NCBI GenBank assembly: GCA_051294375.1 | Contig: CM119265.1 | Location: 19,082,588 to 19,146,587 of the forward strand | DNA length: 64,000 bases | Direction of reading: 5' to 3' | From: Paraspadella gotoi | Taxonomy: Eukaryota; Animalia; Chaetognatha | Shown here: positions 41,768-55,038 of the stretch, piece after piece | Numbering within the stretch: position 1 is the stretch's first letter | Layout: every line of letters begins with the position of its first letter | Program-made: the position numbers and the translations under genes | The notes under the pieces: model-generated | Seen by the model: the letters and a program-made list of their open reading frames with translations, nothing else | Told to the model about the DNA's origin: nothing | Databases searched by the model: none

Positions 41768-42759
41768 GAGAAAAACGTCGAAATACGATACATTTTCCTT
41801 TACAAGTTCAGAGAATATAATTTATAAGCTCAGAAGCCTTCCACATCTGTAAAAAATATCCTCTCTTAATAAAAATTTGTAAGATTCAAAACGAAAATTG
41901 TCATGCATTTACGGGGGAAAAAAAAATATCCAAACGTGCGAACTTTTGTAACCGATCTGTTATTTTTGGCAATGATTCGCACGTAGGATTTTCGTTAAGT
42001 AAAAATGTTCTTTAGGTCAACGACTTCCTCATGGTTATTCTATTTATTTTGAAAAGGAAAGATTGTGCAGCGGCCCTTGCTAAATATATTAGTCTCACCT
42101 GAATTGATAATAGTTACTGACAACCTACTATAAATAATTACCTTTAAAGAAGTAAGAGCTCGCCCGCAAAGAGACAATCGACTACCGAAGACGACGATGA
42201 TCCAAATCGAAAATAGATCACAACTCAACCGCCAGTAAATTACCCACGCAACCAATCTCCAGTACGCAATGGTATTTAGTTGTCTTTCTTATGATCTTTT
42301 AAAATATTTTGTATTAATTTGAAGTATATACGTCACACTTGTCTCAATACTTTCGTCAGAAATCTCGTCTGTTCAGTTGCCATAAACCGCCGCGCTGTCA
42401 ATTAACTTTTAAAAATAATTTGAACTTCGAAGTCATTGACTTTCTCAGCCACAAAAAAAACAAAAACAAGTCTTCCGGCACGAAACGAACCTTCTTCCCC
42501 CCCCTTCCCGCACTTACCCACACCCCCCCTTCCACCCGGGCCGTCCCCCGAGAGGAGGGCGGTTTCCTCGCCGCCTCTAGAAAACCAAACAGCCTAAAAA
42601 CCTTGGGCCGCCAAAGAGGGCAGCTTCGCGATTTTTGCAAAACTTTTTTTTTTTTCGAAACACGAATCTCCCGAATTATGAATGATGCGTCCGGAAGATA
42701 TTGTTGCTCGCAAGTGAGAGAAGAGAGAGAGAGAGAAGAGAGAGAGACAGAGAGAGAGA

Positions 42760-43230
42760 AGAGAAAGAGAGCAGAGAGAGAGGGAGCCAGAAGAGAAAGA
42801 GCGACCAGATCAACAAAAGAGAGAAAATACCTACTAAAATCTGGCCTACAAAATCGAATGACTTTATTTTTTCTTTAACTAAAAATCTGGACCAAAGTGA
42901 TTGAGAGCTGAAAACCGTGAGAGAATCCTAGTTGAAGACTTTTAGCAGATGAGAAATGTAGTCGTGATTTTTTATTGTGCGGTTCTCACTTTTATCATGC
43001 GGTTTACCGACAGTTATGACCTCATTTTCTTACAATTTCGTCGTTTTATTTGTTTTTTTCGATTTTTTTTTCCAGTGAGCAGATCTTCTAGCGTTGGTCA
43101 ATAATCAAAATGCCTAATTCATTTTTACATGAACAATTCTTTGGTTAGTCAGTGAAATTAGTTAAATAGATAGATAATTAGTTAGTTTAGTTAGTTAGTT
43201 AATTTAGTTAGTTAGTTAGTTAGTGTTAGT

Positions 43231-43266
<36 letters not shown>

Positions 43267-44154
43267 TTCAGCTTTGTTAATATTCGATTTTTTCCAGACT
43301 TCAGTTCAGAAACTCTTGGTAATGTTTTCCACGTCTCCATGCATCGATTCCAAGGTTCAGGCATGACGCGGGCACACCAGGAATCCTGACTCTTTCTCTC
43401 TCTCTCTCTCTCTCGTCTCTTCTCTCTCTCTTCTCTGCTCTCTCTCTCTCTCTCTCTCATCTCTCTCTTCTCTCTCTCTCTCTCTCTCTCTCGTTGTCGT
43501 TTGTTTGGCACTACGCCCGCTTACGAGCGAAGGTGTCAGCTCTGCCGGACAATGGATCCTGTGAAGAGTTTTTTCTTGGCAATTTTAAATTTTTTAGGAT
43601 TATTAATTTTGGAATGGTAGTGAAATCGATTACACAAATATTCCACAAAAATCAAAAAGCAAAAAAAAAGCCTAAAAATCATATAACAGTTGTTTGTACT
43701 TTCTGAAGGAATAGTCAAAAAGATCATTCACTATGTATAATTAAAATTTTAAATTTAGTCATAGAAAATTATAAAATAGCGAATAAAAAAAAATTGTGAA
43801 GCATCGACATACGTTGTCAAATTATTTAAGACAATATTTTATAAGGCGTCGTTTTTTTAAAAATAATTCGATAAAAAAAAAAAGTACATTGACCCAAAAT
43901 CGACGTCATCCTTATTAATATTAAATTATTAATGAGTAAAAAACTACTGACGAGTCCGTCAGGAAGGTGCGGTTATTGGAATTCTCCTCCTTCTTTCCCC
44001 CACCTCCCCCCTCCTAAGTTTCATACTTTGGGCAGGGATTTCGCCGGGTCTCCCGGATCGAGAAGTGGGAGAAAAAGTGGGCCTGAGTGGAGATTGGTTG
44101 GTAGGGATCCGTGGTGATAGGGTGGTGCGGAAAGGTAAGTTCAAGGAGAGAGAT

Positions 44155-44204
<50 letters not shown>

Positions 44205-44300
44205 AGGAGAGAGAGGAGGACAATAAAGAATCTGTAAAGAAGAGAAACTTTAGAATGAGAGTTAGATATATGTGGAGATAGGGAGAAAGAAAAAAGAAAA
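42760..44300 (-). repeat. Indel-rich continuation of the inverted copy (matches ~21259 down to ~19725)
   Basis: Reverse-complement similarity to copy A continues here with many indels. Confidence 0.9.
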
Positions 44301-44301
44301 C

Positions 44302-45477
44302 GGGGGGGAAGAAGGAGGAGAATTCCAATAAACGCACCTTCCTGAGGACTCGTCAGTAGTTTTTACCATTAATAATTTAATATAATAAGGATGACGTCGA
44401 TTTGGGTCAATGTACTTTTTTTTTTTATCGAATTATTTTAAAAAAACGACGCCTTATAAAATATTGTCTTAAATAATTTGACAACGTATGTCGATGCTTC
44501 ACAATTTTTTTTTACGCTATTTTATAATTTTCTATGACTAAATTTAAAATTTAATTATACATAGTGAATGATCTTTTTTGACTATTCCTTCAGAAAGTAC
44601 AAACAATGTTATATGATTTTTAGGCTTTTTTTTGCTTTTGATTTTTTTGGGAATATTGTGTAATCGATTTCACTACAATTCCAAAATTAATAATCCTAAA
44701 AATTTAAAATTGCCAGAAAAAAACTCTTCATCAAGGATCCTATTGTCCCAGGAGAGCTGACACCTTCGCCTCGGTAAGCGGGCGTAGTGCCAAACAAAAC
44801 GACAAGAGAGAGAGAGAGAGAGAGANNNNNNNNNNNNNNNNNNNNNNNNNAAGAGTCAGATTCCTGGTGTGCCGGCGCATGCTGAACCTTGGAGATCGAT
44901 GCATGGAGACGTGGAAAACATTACCCAAGAGTTTCTGAACTGAGTCTGGAAAAACGATATTACAACGAACAATACTAATACAAGCTTAACTAACTAACTA
45001 ATAACTACCTAACTAACTAACTAACACTAACTAACTAAATTAACTACTAACTAAACTAAACTATTATCTATCTATTTAACTAATTTCACTGACTAACCAA
45101 AGAATTGTCATGTAAAAATGAATTAGGCATTTGATTTATTGACCAACGCTAGAAGATCTGCGTCACTGAAAAAAAATCGGAAAAAAACATAAAACTCTGA
45201 CGATAATTGTAAAGAAAATGAGTCATAAATCCTGTCGGTAAACCGCATGATAAAAGTGAGAACCGCACAATTAAAAAATCACGACTACATTTTCTCATCT
45301 GCTAAAAAGTTCTCACTAGGATTCTCTTCACGGTTTTCAGCCTCTCAATCACTTTGGTCCAGATTTTTAGTTAAAGAAAAAATAAAGTCATTCGATTTTG
45401 TAGGCAGATTTTAGTAGGTATTTTTTCTCTTTTGTTGATCTGGTCGTTCTCCTTTTCTGCTCTGGTGCCTTCTCTCT

Positions 45478-45511
<34 letters not shown>

Positions 45512-45566
45512 TCTCTCTCTCTCTCTTCTCTCTCTCTACTCTCCTCTCTCTCTCTCTCTTCTCTCC

Positions 45567-45606
<40 letters not shown>

Positions 45607-45619
45607 GTCTCTCTCACTT
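44302..45619 (+). repeat. Direct copy of ~20024-21307, forming a local fold-back with 42712-44001
   Basis: Starts GGGGAAGAAGGAGGAGAATTCCAATAA (as at ~20025) and ends CTCACTT (as at 21301-21307). It contains a 25-N gap at 44826-44850. Confidence 0.9.
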
Positions 45620-46022
45620 CTCCTTCACAGTGAAAGAATAATTCCAAAGTGATTTCACAGCGATAAAAGATAATGCTGCGTCCGTTCACATGGCGGATCG
45701 CTGTCAAATTCAATCGAAGATCATCGCGCTCAGATTATTTGATTGACGATTTCCGACGAGAGGAGGCGCTGCGTTGCATTAACTGCCTTTAGCACCTTCC
45801 ATCCGAGTCGTTGTTTTTCTCTCGCGCAGATGGGAAAAAACAGGTGCCAGCCAGTGTGACGAGACGGGAATGGATGAAACTCGTTGGAGGCGTTTTGAAG
45901 CATTCAACACATTATTAGGGAGTTGTGTAATGTGTATATACTGACTCAAAAGCAATTTCTCTCTCTTTCTCTCTTCTCTCTCTCTCATCTACTCAAATCT
46001 CTCTTCTACTCTCCTCTAACAA

Positions 46023-46056
<34 letters not shown>

Positions 46057-46096
46057 TCTCTCTCTCTCTCTCCTTTCTCTACCTCTCTCTCTCTGC

Positions 46097-46131
<35 letters not shown>

Positions 46132-46760
46132 TCTTTCTCTCTCCCTCCCCAAATTCCACTTCCCTTACCCTCACACTTCTTTCACTACCGTCGGCCCTCT
46201 CCGTTTGCTGAATTCAATTTAAGACTCGGCGTCCAGATTTGACGCAAAGGGATCTCGCCGCGATATTTGAGCATAGGGTAATTCAACGATTGACGGTTTG
46301 ACGCTCCTTTGTTTTGCCCCAATCCTTCTCCGAACGACTGACGACGACGATACGACGACATGCTGACGACGATGGCGACGACGACTGACGAAGCCATCCT
46401 CTATTTCATGTACATCTGTTCATAGATTATGTCAATCTATTTGTTTCATGAGTGAAAAGACAACGCGAGCGAACCTCAAAACAGAAAACCTTTATCGAAG
46501 GAAAAAAAAATAGTTCCTATTTTCGTAAGCGTTCGTTTTGACTTTTACCTTGCGTTGCTGATTATAAATGTCATAACATCTTAGAAAGCGAAATCATGCT
46601 GACTATTTCGAAGCGATTACATATATTCAAATTAAAATCAGGTTATCATACGACAAGGTTTATTTTGATCCGTGAAGGCATTTACCTCTACTATAACAAT
46701 TATTTTTACGTAATCCCATTGCTGACCTCGATTTCAACTTAATTTTCGGGGCTAACTGAC

Positions 46761-46862
46761 AAGTTTATTCACTAAAAATCAGTTTTATCCACTTAAAAAT
46801 CCAAGTTTATCACTAAAATCAAGTTTTATCACTAAAAATCAACGTTTATCACTCTAAAAAAT
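46761..46862. repeat. ~20-bp minisatellite, 5 copies
   Basis: Consensus approximately AAGTTTATCACTAAAAATC, tandemly repeated with small indels. Confidence 0.85.
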
Positions 46863-46912
46863 CCTCTTCACCGCATTCCCCCCCCCCCCCGCAAACTTCC
46901 CTCCAACCCCAG

Positions 46913-47145
46913 GCTGTACGACAAACGCACGCATCCTTTCGCGCGGCGCCATCTCAATCCGCAGACAACGTGCGGCGTCGCGCCCCACAACTCCTTCACC
47001 ACCTTCATCCACATCCCGTGACCACCTATCAATCTCCACCCCGCCACCCCGAGTCCTCCTCGTCGTGAGACCCTCTGGGGACCGCCGAGAACATTGGTAA
47101 CCCTACCCGCAGATGGCCGTATGAGGTAGACGCTGCTAGCAGGTG
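46913..47145 (+). CDS. Probable exon fragment with strong third-position GC bias; product unknown, frame disrupted
   Basis: Pyrimidine-rich acceptor CCCTCCAACCCCAG| then LYDKRTHPFARRHLNPQTTCGVAPHNSFTTFIHIP, with most codons ending in C/G. In-frame TGA at 47019-47021, with GC-rich sequence continuing beyond it. Confidence 0.35.
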
Positions 47146-47972
47146 ATGGAGAAAGAAGCAGAGAAAAGATTGGGTTTTTGATATTCGCCGGGTTGAATGG
47201 AGAAGGAGAAGGCAATGCGAAAGGAGGGGGCGACATAGAATCGATTCGAATAGACGACGAGAGAGATTTTTTAGAATTGTAATGTTTGATTTTGTAGACA
47301 TTGTATAGACAAGACTCGGATCACCGTATTTAAAATATATAGAGAAAGTATTAGGATTGTGATTTTTAAAACGATGTTATTTAATAAAACAGCATCGCGC
47401 AAAGTGTTCCCACTGCCCAATGTCCCGCAAATTGTGCTGAAGCAAGACTACAAAGAAGACTCAATAAGAAATCGAAAGGCATTTTCGTTTGTAAATAAAT
47501 TTGTTGACTTATAAACAAAAACACAAATTTTATTATATAAATAAACAATTTGTCTTAATAACAAACGTTCGCGGCACTAGCTCGACTGATCTCTTAAACA
47601 TTTTACCAATCGACTAGTGGATAGCGATCATAATGTGTTGTCATAAATGCGATAACGGAATTTAAAAAAATTAATTGGATTAAAAAAAAAGGGGATTGAC
47701 TATAAAGGCGTAGAGTAAAATTCCTACAGCATTTAACTTTAATTAAATTCTAAAAGTAGGAACGAACAACATATATACTTAATGAACATTTTGGTATAAA
47801 AAAAATGCTATAATAAATTTTTACAATTTACGCGATAGGCCATATTTATTATCTAGTACTAAACCAATAAATGATAAAATTATCAAAAACGTTTTTTCTA
47901 AGATTTTTTGCAGATTATGATTCGTCTTAAAAAGTTGATAAAAAGAAAATATAACTCTTTTGATCTCTCTCT

Positions 47973-48549
47973 AGAGTCAGATTCCATGGTGTGCCCGGCG
48001 CATGCTGAACCCTTGGGAATCGGATGCCATGGAGACGGAAAACATTACCAAAGAGTTTTCTGAACTGAAGTTTCTGGAAAAAGTATCGAATATTAACAAG
48101 CTAACTAACTAACTAACTAACTAACTAACNNNNNNNNNNACTAACTAACTAACTAACTAATTAACTAACTAACTAAACTAACTAATTATCTATCTATTTA
48201 ACTAATTCACTGACTAACCAACAGAATTGTCACTGTAAAAATGATTAGGCATTTGATTTATGACCAGACGCTAGAAAATCTGCGTCACTGAAAAAAAAAT
48301 CGAAAAAACAAAAACGAGAATTGTAAGAAAATGAGGTCATAACTTGTCGGTAAACCGCATGATAAAAGTGAGAACCGCACAATAAAAAATCACGACTACA
48401 TTTTCTCATCTGCTAAAAGTCTCAACTAGGATTCTCTCACGGTTTTCAGCCTCTCAATCACTTTGGTCCAGATTTTAGTTAAAGAAAAAATAAGTCATTC
48501 GATTTTGTAGGCAGATTTTAGTAGGATTTTTCTCTCTTTTTTGTCTGTC

Positions 48550-48641
<92 letters not shown>

Positions 48642-49609
48642 ACTTGCGAAGCAACAAATATCTTCCGGACGCATCATTCATAATTCGGGAGATTCGTGTT
48701 TCGAAAAAAAAAAAAAAGTTTTGCAAAAATCGCAGAAGCTGCCCTCTTTGGCGGCCCCAACGGTATTTTAGGGCTGTTTGGTTTTCTAGAGGCGGCGATG
48801 GGAAACCGCCCTCCTCTCGGGGGACGGCCCGGGTGGAAGGGGGGGTGTGGGTGGAAGTGCCGGGGAAGGGGGGGGGAAAGAAGGTTCGTTTCGTTGCCGG
48901 AAGACTTGTTTTTGTTTTTTTTTGTTGGCTGAGAAAGTCAATGACTTCGAAGTTCAAATTATTTTTAAAAGTTAATTGACAGCGCGGCGGTTTATGGCAA
49001 CTGAACAGACGAGATTTCTGACGAAAGTATTGAGACAAGTGTGACGTATATACATCAAATTAATAACAAAATAATTTTAAATAGTATCATAAGAAAGACA
49101 AACTAAATACCATTGCATACTGGAGATTGGTTGCGTGGGTCAATTTTACTGGCGATTGAGTTGTGATCTCACTTTCGATTTGGATCATCGTCGTCTTCGT
49201 AGTCGATTATCTCTTTGCGGGCGGAGCTCTTACTTCTTTAAAGGTAATTATTTATAGTAGTTTGTCAGTAAACTATTACTCAATTCCGGTGAGACTAATA
49301 TATTTAGCAAAGGGCCGTTGCACCAATCTTTCCTTTTTCAAAATAAATAGAATAACCANNNNNNNNNNNNNNNNNNNNNNNNNNNNNNNNNNNNNNNNNN
49401 NNNNNNNNNNNNACAGATGGTTACAAAGTTCGCACGTTTGGATATTTTTTTTTCCCCCGTGAAATGAATGACAATTTTCGTTTTCGAATTCTTACAAATT
49501 TTATTAAGAGAGGATATTTTTTACAGGATGTGGAACAGGCTTCTGAGCTTATCAATTATATTCTCTGAAACCTTGTCAAGGAAATGTATCGTATTTCGAC
49601 GTTTTTCTC

Positions 49610-49658
<49 letters not shown>

Positions 49659-50740
49659 ACGATGAATAACGCGCAAATCGAGGAGAGGCGACGAATTTTT
49701 CGCTTATATTTCAAACAAAAGGTGAAAATCTTTCTTTTTCTCATATTCGTCTTTCCCTTTTCACCCTTAATTGTCAGTTTTTAGTCGACTCCCTTGACTC
49801 GAAGTCGCTTCCGCTCGTCGTGAAACAAAACTTCACCGTGAAAGGACTCTTCACCCGTCAGGCGAATCGGGTCCTACCTTCGCTACCCCATTCCTCTATC
49901 CCCCCATACCCATATCTAAGCACCTCCCCTTTACGGTAAACATAGAACTCTTTTCTTTTTTCTTCTTCCCAATATTTAAAGGCAATTAAAAATCATAAAT
50001 ATCGCCCCAAACGTCCACAACCTTTCACCGACCCCCACAGTCTTAACTCCCCCACCGTAACCCTCCCACCCTCATTTGCGAACTGACTCCCAATTTTCCC
50101 AAAAAGGCGTCGTCGGAAGCAAAACATTCTTTTTCTATTTTAGTTTTAAAAAATTAATTTTTTTGGCGTTTTTTAGATTTACGGTCAAAACTGAGGAGCA
50201 AGGAAGTCGACTTTGTGGATTGTGGAAGACCTCGTCGACGTCGTCGTCATCATCATCGTCGTCATTTTCGTCGTTGTCGACTTTAACGTCATTCATGTCT
50301 TGTGAGACTTGAATCTTAATCCAATTTGCATACTGTAGTAGAGAGATTTCTGGATGATTTTTTTTATTATAAGAATGTTTTTCGGCGTAAACTTCAAGTC
50401 GGAGTAACATAAAGAATCGAAAATCCCGAATTTTTCTTTGCCTCAAGAAGTATAAGGTAACGTTTAGGTGATACTTTGATTCGCTTGATTTTAAAGAGAC
50501 GTAAAAAGTTAACAGAAACTGTTTCGTCGCTCGACTGATTAACAACTCATTCAATACTCAGTTGCTTCCATCAAACCTGCCTACGATTACTAGAGCGCTC
50601 TCTGGTCGAAAGCTTGGGCGGCTTGGAATTGGCCGCAGTCTAAGAACTTGCACCCATTTAATTTGAAGATTTAACAAGATATCGTTAATCTCAATCATCT
50701 ATTTAACACTCCTGATCCCTTTAGTCTGTCTGTGTGTATC

Positions 50741-50800
<60 letters not shown>

Positions 50801-51257
50801 ATCTTCTTTCTATATTATTTTCTTTTTTTTTATTCTTTTATTTCGTTTAATTTCGCCTTCTTCCTCTCTATTTACGTTTCTCAGTCCTTTCCACACCTTT
50901 CTATATTCACCTCTCTCCGCTTCTTATCTTTTTCCTTCTCTTCGTATTCCTCCTTTCTTCTCTCTCCTTCATTTTCGAACATTTTTATCTAAAAGTTCAA
51001 ACACTTGGGATTTCCACCCCCCTTTTCCAAAAAAAAAAAGAAAAGAAAAAAAGATTTACGGTTTTGGGTTCTTCTTTTTTAATTTTTTTTTCTGTCTTTA
51101 TTTTTATCTCGAAGCCTCGAGGGGTTTTTAATTCTGTGGCGAAATTAAAACGCTTATCAAATAAAGTTGGTGATAGAGGATCGATTACGAATTGGAAAAT
51201 TACGAAGAAAAGCTTTGACCTTTTTTTTTTTTCATTTTGACGTGGTATCTTTCCACG

Positions 51258-51303
<46 letters not shown>

Positions 51304-52699
51304 AGAGAGAGAGAGAGAGAGATTGAGAGAGAGAGAGAGAGAGAGACGGTCGGGTGACGCGCCTTCTTCCCAACCAAGAGATAACGTCCTGGGTTATTCA
51401 ACGAATTAAAAATGCGGCGCAAAAAGGGATAAAGTTCAATATAAAAAAAAATATCCCGGTAACTCTCAAAAATAGTGTCAGATTAGAAAAGAGCAAACTG
51501 AACATACGCGTCAACTGAAAATCCAAAAGTTCGAAAAGAAAGAAATTTTAAGTTAGTATATATAACTAAGAATAACTGTATTTACTTCTCTTTTTTTAAA
51601 GGTTTAGATTTTCCTAGATGGCGTCATCCAGACTCGGGAATGCCGAGGAGGAGCCTGTTTTCGTCACCCTCGGGACTCCGGGGCGCCCCGCACGGCCCGG
51701 ATGCCCCCACGGACCGAGTTTCCACAGCCCCCGCAGCCCCCGCGCCCCTCTTCGCCCCTCGTGGCCCGGCGGACCTGCGCCTTTTAAAATCTAGTCTTTT
51801 TGTGATGTGATGATTCAAAAGGACAGACCGACCATGGCGGGCGTATCTCAAACCCTGGTTGAAGCCTCGTCTCTCTCTCTTCTCTCTCTCTCATCTCTCT
51901 CGTCTCTCTCTCTCTCTCTCTCCGTCTCTCTATCTCGTCTTTAGAATTGTGAGATCAGAGGTGTGGAAGGGGCAAAAATTGTTGGAAGTAGAGTAGAACA
52001 TAAGAAAATGGAGAGGTAAATAATGCTACTTTCATCTTATTTTACTCCTTGCACCTAACGCTATTGATTCAAAATTGAGATTATATAATAAACCGCGGTT
52101 TTTTTAATTCCCCTGCAGAAACCCGCCCCCGCGCCCCCCGACGCCCCGCCCCCCTAATCCCCAACACGACTATCACTTAAAAAAACGACCGTCTTTCCTT
52201 TTCCCATCAAAATTCAAGCTGCTTCAATTACCTCAATTTCCATCCTTAAATTACACCGTTGGTTTTTTCACCGTCGGGTAATCTCTGGATTCTGTGATTG
52301 AGTTCGCTCAAATCTACAGATCTGAACGCTCATTGGTCGAAATTATTCTCTGGATGCGAGAAGAGGGCCTTCCGAAAAAAAAAACCGAAAAAGATATAGA
52401 GAAAAAATAACTTCTGGAATCTGTAAAAGGAAAAGAAAAGCAAGAAAAATGAAAATAACTGAGCCTTTAATTTCTTATTTACGGTGTATTTTATAGCTTC
52501 CTCTTTCAATGGGTGGGTTCCTATTTTTTTTAATTTTAACCGCTTTTGGGAAGTTATTACAGTAAAAATTTACAGACTAGGCATCTTAAAAAATGTGGAT
52601 TTCATTAAAACTTGTACTGCAACCATTTTCAAGTTTTTTTATTTTAATATCTTGAGGCAAGAGAGAGAGAGAAAGAGATTGAGGTATAAGAGAGAGAGA

Positions 52700-52744
<45 letters not shown>

Positions 52745-52762
52745 GGGAGAGAGAGAGAGAGT

Positions 52763-52830
<68 letters not shown>

Positions 52831-52842
52831 GGGAGAGAGAGA

Positions 52843-52894
<52 letters not shown>

Positions 52895-53608
52895 GGGAGA
52901 GAGAGAGGAGAGAGAGGCATTCAAGTAAACTATCTCTCAAAAAGAATCTCAGAATAAGATAAGATCGCAATTTTTTCCCCGAAAATTGATAATAAAAATT
53001 AAAAAAATATTTCCATCCTCAAAATTTTCGATCATCAAATTCGGTAAATGCCGCCGCCTCCAACCCGAAGAATTCCAGAGTATTTAAAAAGTAAAAGATA
53101 AAAATAACAATTGACGTAAACTTCTGCTATTATTTATAACAGGATAGATTTTCGTCACTCATCAATTTAAAAAAATCGAATTAAAAAGCTGAGTCTCTCT
53201 CGGCTCGATTAACCCGATTTAGGTAAGAAACTAAAAACAAAAAAAATAATTTGAACTTCAACCAGGGTTTGAGATACGCCCGCCATGGTCGGTCTGTTCC
53301 TTTGAATCATCACATCACAAAAAAGACTAGATTTTAAAAGGCGCAGGTCCGCCGGGCCACGAGGGGCGAGAGGGCGCGGGGGCTGCGGGGCTGTGGAAAC
53401 TCGGTCGTGGGGGCTCCGGGGCCGGCGGGGNNNNNNNNNNNNNNNNNNNNNNNNNTCTCAAACTTTACTGCAACCATTTTCAAGTTTTTTTATTTTAATA
53501 TCTTGAGGCAAGAGAGAGAGAAAAGAGATTGAGGTATAAGAGAGAGAGAGAGAGAGAGAGAAGAGAGAAGAGAGGAGAGAGGAGAGAGAGAAGAGAGAGA
53601 GAGATGAG

Positions 53609-53673
<65 letters not shown>

Positions 53674-53691
53674 GGAGAGAGAGAGATGAGG

Positions 53692-53763
<72 letters not shown>

Positions 53764-54856
53764 CATTCAAGTAAACTATCTTCTCAAAAAGAATCTCAGA
53801 ATAAGATTAAGATCGCAATTTTTTCCCGAAAATTGATAATAAAAATTAAAAAAATATTTCCATCCTCAAAATTTTCGATCATCAAATTCGGTAAATGCCG
53901 CCGCCTCCAACCCGAAGAATTCCAGAGTATTTAAAAAGTAAAAGATAAAAATAACATTGACGTAAACTCTGCTATTATTATAACAGGATAGATTTTCTCA
54001 CTCATCAATTTAAAAAAATCGAAGTTAAAAAGCTGAGTCTCTCTCGGCTCGATTAACCCGATTTAGGTAAGAAACTAAAACAAAAAAAATAATTTGAACT
54101 AGAGAGAGAGAGAGAGAGAAAAGCATTTTTGTGTTGGTTTTAAAAACCTGGATTCCCTAGATGTCCAATTAAAACCATCGTAACTTTCACTAAAATCGGC
54201 ATCGACTTTCTCTCTCTCATCTTTTTTTTTGTTGAATTTTGCTTCGTTTTTCGCGACGATTTTTTGTTTTTAAACAAAACAAGAAAATGAAAAGTCGCTA
54301 AGAACCTGAAAGAACAAAAGAGGTATAATGATGATAAGGGAATTGAGAATTACTGGCAGGAACGTGCCTTATTTAGGATAGGGTTGTCAGTTATCGGTTT
54401 AATACAAAACTTATTCAAATAACCCTTCTATCTTTATGAGATAAAAAAATTACATATTTTAAAGAAGAGTAAGAGTGACTACTTTTGAGTATAATTTAAT
54501 AAATTTACTAAACCTCATGTCTCATTCGTTGTTTCCGCTAGAATTTTTTAAACTTTTAACGAACGGAAAACGTGAATCCGAAAAAAAAAATTTCACGAAA
54601 AAAAGTCCCTAGATGACGGGAAAATGTTTTCCGCCGCAAATTGGGAAGTTGTGAAAAACTGTCACTCAAATTTCGAGAAGTATTTCGCTCTCGGCGTGAT
54701 AAATAAAGAAAGGGAATTTTTGTACCCGCCCCCCCCCGCCTCACAAAAAGGGAAGGGGCTTCGACAGGGTTCGTACTCTGGGATGTCGGGTCATCAAGGG
54801 TCAACCACGAAGAAAGACGATAATTTTTCGATTGATTATAAATGTCACCAAAGTTG
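47973..54856 (+). repeat. Third, diverged copy of ~20625-26605 with an internal inversion
   Basis: 47973-51864 matches 20625-24537 (+). 51865-53430 and 53456-54099 are reverse copies of ~25830-24366 and ~25170-24538. 54101-54856 matches ~25880-26605 (+). Confidence 0.9.
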
Positions 54857-55007
54857 NNNNNNNNNNNNNNNNNNNNNNNNNNNNNNNNNNNNNNNNNNNN
54901 NNNNNNNNNNNNNNNNNNNNNNNNNNNNNNNNNNNNNNNNNNNNNNNNNNNNNNNNNNNNNNNNNNNNNNNNNNNNNNNNNNNNNNNNNNNNNNNNNNNN
55001 NNNNNNN

Positions 55008-55038
<31 letters not shown>

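Larger units (their letters stand above)
34165..42759 (-). repeat. Right arm of the 8.6-kb inverted repeat
   Basis: Begins AGTTTTAAAATGAATTTTCC, the reverse complement of 29835-29854. The mirror relationship (coordinate sum 64019) holds to 42759. Confidence 0.95.

Noticed and set aside
21260-42759. Giant TIR element (Polinton/Maverick, Foldback) or linear-virus inverted terminal repeats
   Set aside because: No discrete outer termini or target-site duplication; similarity fades on into copy A. No polB, integrase, capsid or transposase ORF, and the spacer is a copy of host-like upstream DNA.
46761-46862. CRISPR-like array
   Set aside because: The units are directly adjacent with no unique spacers, there are no cas genes, and the context is eukaryotic.
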